Source: Marinicella sp. (lineage in GTDB: Bacteria; Pseudomonadota; Gammaproteobacteria; Xanthomonadales; Marinicellaceae). Taken from it: 64,000 bases of DNA. The notes beneath the pieces are model-generated. The model had not been told where the DNA came from and ran no database searches. It worked only from the letters and a program-made list of their open reading frames with translations. This document shows positions 59,833 through 64,000 of the stretch, one piece after another (positions within the stretch are counted from its first letter, which is position 1; each line of letters opens with the position of its first letter). A program made the position numbers and the translations under genes. The DNA is taken from assembly GCA_965230295.1 (NCBI GenBank), contig OZ246001.1, positions 2,592,001 to 2,656,000 of the forward strand, read 5' to 3'.

Positions 59833-61002
59833 ATGCAAAATGTAGCGGTTTTAGGTGCAACAGGTTCAATAGGTGATTCTACACTGGCGGTTATTCGCAA
59901 GCATCCGGATAAGTTTCAAGTACACACCCTCACCGCCCACAGAAATTCTGAAAAAATCATTCGGTTGATCAATGAGTTCAATCCAAATCATGTGGTCATA
60001 ACTGATCAGAAGGCTTTCGAGCATGTTAGCGATGCAGTTAAAACCCGTTCAAACATTCATTTTGGTGCAGCACAGTTAGATGTCGCTGTCAGTGAGCCTG
60101 AGGTGGATTTGGTGATCGCAGGTATTGTTGGCAATGCCGGCATGTCATCTGTTCTGGCGGCTGTGGTGGCAGGCAAGACTTTGTTATTGGCTAACAAGGA
60201 ATCCATTGTTGCTGCCGGTGAATTGGTCATGCCAATGGCCAAAGAAACAGGTGCCCAAATCATCCCGCTGGATTCAGAACACAATGCCATATATCAATGC
60301 CTGGACAGCCGATATGTGACTGGCAGTAGGCCTGATTATGTCAAAAACATCACTTTGACTGCATCTGGTGGCCCTTTTTGGGAAACACCATACGCCTCAT
60401 TCAGCACCATTACGCCAGCTCAAGCTGTGGCTCATCCCAAATGGGATATGGGGGCTAAGATTTCTGTTGATTCTGCAACCTTGATGAATAAAGGCTTGGA
60501 AGTGATTGAGGCTCATTGGTTGTTTGCGATGCCCAATGCGGACATCAATGTTTTGGTGCACCCACAAAGTATTATCCATTCTATGGTCAATTTCATTGAT
60601 GGTTCAGTGTTGGCACAAATGGGCTGCCCTGACATGCAAATACCCATTGCCCATGGTTTGGGTTTGGGACAACGGTTGGAAAACGATGCGCCATTCCTTG
60701 ATTTAATACAGCACCATCAGTTGACTTTTTACCAGGCAGACACCAATAAGTTCAAATGCCTGCAATTAGCCAGAGAAGCGATCAAAGCGGGTGGCACAGC
60801 ACCAGCTGTTTTGAATGCGGCCAATGAGGTCACGGTGGCGGCATTTTTGGCTGGTCAAATACGATTTGACCAGATTCCTTCATTCAATGATAAAATGATG
60901 AATGAGATAGAATTTGAATCCGTTGAATCCTTACAACAGCTACAATTATTAGATTTGGAAGTGAGGCAAGCCACTTTGGCAGGCATCAAATCGAGCAGTT
61001 AA
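59833..61002 (+). CDS. dxr: 1-deoxy-D-xylulose-5-phosphate reductoisomerase
   Basis: LGATGSIG, LANKES, DSEHNAIYQ, TASGGPF, HPKWDMGAKISVDSATLMNKGLEVIEA. Confidence 0.97.
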   Translation: MQNVAVLGATGSIGDSTLAVIRKHPDKFQVHTLTAHRNSEKIIRLINEFNPNHVVITDQKAFEHVSDAVKTRSNIHFGAAQLDVAVSEPEVDLVIAGIVGNAGMSSVLAAVVAGKTLLLANKESIVAAGELVMPMAKETGAQIIPLDSEHNAIYQCLDSRYVTGSRPDYVKNITLTASGGPFWETPYASFSTITPAQAVAHPKWDMGAKISVDSATLMNKGLEVIEAHWLFAMPNADINVLVHPQSIIHSMVNFIDGSVLAQMGCPDMQIPIAHGLGLGQRLENDAPFLDLIQHHQLTFYQADTNKFKCLQLAREAIKAGGTAPAVLNAANEVTVAAFLAGQIRFDQIPSFNDKMMNEIEFESVESLQQLQLLDLEVRQATLAGIKSSS

Positions 61003-61008
61003 GAAATT

Positions 61009-62376
61009 ATGACAACAGTATTAGGCAGTATTTTTTGGTTGATCATCACTTTAGGGGTGCTGGTGACTTTTCATGAGTTAGGTCATTTTTGGGTGGCTCG
61101 ACTGTTTAAAGTGAGGGTGATTCGATTCTGTGTTGGATTTGGCAAGCCCATATGGTCCAGATTTGATAAGCAGGGCACAGAAATAGCAGTGGCCCCAATT
61201 CCTTTGGGAGGTTATGTCAAACTACTGGATGTGCGCGATTGTGACGTGCCTGCCGATCAAATACATGAAACCTATAACCACAAACCCTTCTGGCAAAAGT
61301 TTTCGATCATGATAGCTGGTCCAGCATTTAATTTTATCTTGGCATTTTTCTTGTATTGGTTGATGTTTGTGGTTGGCAAAAATGAGATTCAACCCACCTT
61401 AGGAGAGCCCACAAAATTGATGCACGTGGCTGGGTTCACTAACAAGGACCAGTTGAAAGTCATTGATGACCAAGCCATCAGAACCTGGTCAGATGTGTCT
61501 TTAAGTCTGATAACGGCTGGTATTGACAGGCGAGACGTTGCTGTTGAAGTATTGACCGAGTCGGGTACTATTTTGAATCGAACCTTGCCTTTGTCAATGT
61601 TGGCTGACGATGTGGCTGAAGAAGATATGATTGCGGCCATTGGCTTGCAACCTTATCGCATCCCTGCGCCGGCCATTATGGCGGAATTAGATGCCGATCT
61701 GCCTGCCGCCAAAGCTGGCTTACAGGCTGGTGATGAAATCATCAGAATCAATGATGATCAAGTGACCGATTGGTATGATGTGGCTGAAATTGTTGGCCAA
61801 ATCACCGAAGGCCCCATTCGAGTGGAATTCATTCGAAACCAGACTGTTCAAGCCATTTCAGTGCCTAATTTGATGTCAGATCCTGATGACAGCAGCCGGA
61901 AAGTATTGGGCATCAGACCACAAAGCCCAAGCGAGCAAGACCGCGCTTATTACCGCAGTTTATTCTTTAACTTATCTTATGGGCCCATGGAGTCGGTGCC
62001 TCAGGCTTTTTATCAAATTGGGAAAATCACCAGCAAATCTTTGGAAATGATGTGGAAATTGGTGACCGGAAAAGCTTCAGTAAAGAATTTATCTGGTCCA
62101 ATCACCATTGCTCAAGTGGCCAATGATTCGGCGGCCAGAGGATTTTCTTGGTACCTGTCTTTTTTGGCATTGGTGAGCCTTTCATTAGGCATAATTAACC
62201 TCATGCCCATACCCATGTTGGATGGTGGACAGATGCTATTTTTGATATTTGAAAAAATAAAAGGATCACCTTTGAGTGAGCAATTCGAGATGAAGGCTCA
62301 GTTTATTGGGATGTTTCTGCTAATTTCTTTGATGTCTTTAGCTTTTTATAACGACATTTTAAGGTCAGTGTCTTAA
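61009..62376 (+). CDS. rseP: RIP metalloprotease RseP
   Basis: HELGH, PLGGYVK, AGPAFN, PDZ region, NLMPIPMLDGG. Confidence 0.96.
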   Translation: MTTVLGSIFWLIITLGVLVTFHELGHFWVARLFKVRVIRFCVGFGKPIWSRFDKQGTEIAVAPIPLGGYVKLLDVRDCDVPADQIHETYNHKPFWQKFSIMIAGPAFNFILAFFLYWLMFVVGKNEIQPTLGEPTKLMHVAGFTNKDQLKVIDDQAIRTWSDVSLSLITAGIDRRDVAVEVLTESGTILNRTLPLSMLADDVAEEDMIAAIGLQPYRIPAPAIMAELDADLPAAKAGLQAGDEIIRINDDQVTDWYDVAEIVGQITEGPIRVEFIRNQTVQAISVPNLMSDPDDSSRKVLGIRPQSPSEQDRAYYRSLFFNLSYGPMESVPQAFYQIGKITSKSLEMMWKLVTGKASVKNLSGPITIAQVANDSAARGFSWYLSFLALVSLSLGIINLMPIPMLDGGQMLFLIFEKIKGSPLSEQFEMKAQFIGMFLLISLMSLAFYNDILRSVS

Positions 62377-62405
62377 AATACAAAAAAATAATAAATCAAA
62401 CCTTT

Positions 62406-64000
62406 ATGCGAAATCTAATTTTACTCTTGGTGCTTTTATCGTTTAATGTGAAAGCAATGGACCCATTCACGGTCAATGACATCCGGATCATAGGTGCAGA
62501 CAGAATCTCTCACGGGACCATATTTTCTTACTTGCCGATTGAAAGGGGAGATGTGGTTGATGCCGATGCCATCAGGGCGGGGATCAAAGGGGTTTTCTCG
62601 ACCGGTTATTTTCATGATGTGAAAATGCTCAAAGATGGTGATGTGCTGATCATCAAAGTTGAAGAACGACCAGCCATTGCCACCATCCGTATCAACGGTA
62701 ACAAAAGTATCAAGACCGAAGAGTTGATGTCTGGCTTGAACAGCATAGGTTTGTCTGAAGGTGAGGTGTTTGATAAGCTTGAATTGGATAAAGTGAAAAA
62801 TGAGTTGGTACAGCAGTTTTTCTCTCGAGGAAAATACAACGTTGATATCGATACCAATGTCAAAGAGCTGGACCGCAACAGGGTACTGGTTAACATCAAC
62901 ATCGATGAAGGTAAATCAGCCAAAATCAAGCACATCAAAATTGTAGGCAATACGGTATTTACTGATGAAGAGTTGATTGAAGCTTTTGAGTCTGACACCA
63001 CCAACTGGCTGTCTTGGTATTCACAGGATGATCAGTACTCAAAAGAGAAGTTAAACGGTGATTTAGAAAAGCTGAAGTCTTATTATCTGGATCGTGGTTA
63101 TGTGAATGCTGAAGTTGAGTCGGTTCAAGTGACCATCAGTAACGACAAAAAAGACATCTACATCACTGCCAACATTCAAGAAGGTGAACAATACAAATTC
63201 GGCAAACAAGAGCTGACTGGTAATTTAATTTTTGATAAGGATATTTTAGAGAAATATTTACTGACCGCAGAAAATCAAACGTTTTCACAAAATAAGATAG
63301 AGCTCACCAACAACACATTGAAAGCTGTGCTGTCTAACCGGGGTTATGCTTTTGCTGAAATTCAACCGGTGACAGAAATCAATGATGATGATAAAACTGT
63401 TGATGTGACCTTTTTCGTGATCCCTGGCAAAAAAGTTTATGTCCGCAGGATCAATTTCATTGGTAACACCAAAACCAAAGACGAGGTGTTGCGTCGAGAA
63501 ATGAGGCAATTTGAAGGTGCCTGGTTTTCACAAGCCCTGATTGATCGTTCAAAGCTCAGACTTCAACAAAAACCCTACTTTGAAGAAGTTGAAATTGAAA
63601 CCGAGCAAGTGCCTGGTACCGAAGACCAAATTGACGTTAATGTGACCGTCAAAGAACGCAACTCAGGTCAGTTTACCTTTGGTTTGGGTTATTCCCAGGT
63701 CAGTGGTTTGAATTTTTCTACCAGTGTTTCATTACAAAATTTGTTAGGTACAGGTAATACCTTGTCTGTGGCCGTCAATACCTCTGACTTTTATAAACGA
63801 TTAAACCTGCTGTACGAAAACCCCTATTTCACTGATGATGGCATTTCTTTGGGATACAGCTTGAACTTCACCAACATTGACCAAGGTGATGCAAACATTG
63901 CTCAGTACAACTCAACCAATGGTTCTTTGGGCATACAAGCCAGTTTCCCAATCACTGAGTTTGATCGCATCTATACCAATCTGGCTTATGAGCGCATTTC
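62406..64000 (+). CDS. bamA: Outer membrane protein assembly factor BamA (runs off window end; not in the ORF track)
   Basis: Manual translation MRNLILLLVLLSFNVKAMDPFTVNDIRIIG...FSYLP; POTRA motifs VEERPAI and GNTKTKDEVLRREMRQ; NLLGTG. Follows rseP. Confidence 0.95.
   Translation, partial: MRNLILLLVLLSFNVKAMDPFTVNDIRIIGADRISHGTIFSYLPIERGDVVDADAIRAGIKGVFSTGYFHDVKMLKDGDVLIIKVEERPAIATIRINGNKSIKTEELMSGLNSIGLSEGEVFDKLELDKVKNELVQQFFSRGKYNVDIDTNVKELDRNRVLVNINIDEGKSAKIKHIKIVGNTVFTDEELIEAFESDTTNWLSWYSQDDQYSKEKLNGDLEKLKSYYLDRGYVNAEVESVQVTISNDKKDIYITANIQEGEQYKFGKQELTGNLIFDKDILEKYLLTAENQTFSQNKIELTNNTLKAVLSNRGYAFAEIQPVTEINDDDKTVDVTFFVIPGKKVYVRRINFIGNTKTKDEVLRREMRQFEGAWFSQALIDRSKLRLQQKPYFEEVEIETEQVPGTEDQIDVNVTVKERNSGQFTFGLGYSQVSGLNFSTSVSLQNLLGTGNTLSVAVNTSDFYKRLNLLYENPYFTDDGISLGYSLNFTNIDQGDANIAQYNSTNGSLGIQASFPITEFDRIYTNLAYERI

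Overview
Core-genome window of an AT-rich gammaproteobacterium. Gene content and synteny suggest a marine Xanthomonadales/Marinicella-like lineage (inference only). In order: pyrB(partial)-ruvX-yqgE-tonB3-gshB, divergent from a Pil-Chp chemosensory operon that lacks pilH and has a very large, highly acidic ChpA with a 39-copy GCAGAR repeat; rsmE; T2SS pseudopilins gspGHIJK running into nadK and a 5'-nucleotidase; an exported cyclophilin fused to an unrecognised C-terminal domain; gluQ, fimX, epmB-efp-epmA; a DASS transporter; a co-directional block of lipoprotein lipase (Pla-1/Cef/VolA-like), DUF1302, DUF1329, YCF48-like propeller, RND/MMPL transporter and gspLMN; lgt; a Na+-type membrane pyrophosphatase; a cNMP-EAL protein; a candidate three-hairpin sRNA; a glycine-zipper protein; ppk2 plus a small ORF; tkt; phasin and patatin; a uvrY/gacA-like regulator; and an unusually concatenated rpsP-rimM-trmD-rplS-rpmB-rpmG-rpsB-tsf-pyrH-frr-uppS-cdsA-dxr-rseP-bamA(partial) run. 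I saw no rRNA, tRNA, CRISPR array or mobile element. The best candidate for an undescribed system is the lipase/DUF1302/DUF1329/YCF48/RND/GspLMN locus, a possible surface lipid-harvesting and trans-envelope transport machine. All family calls come from motif recognition by eye; no searches were run.
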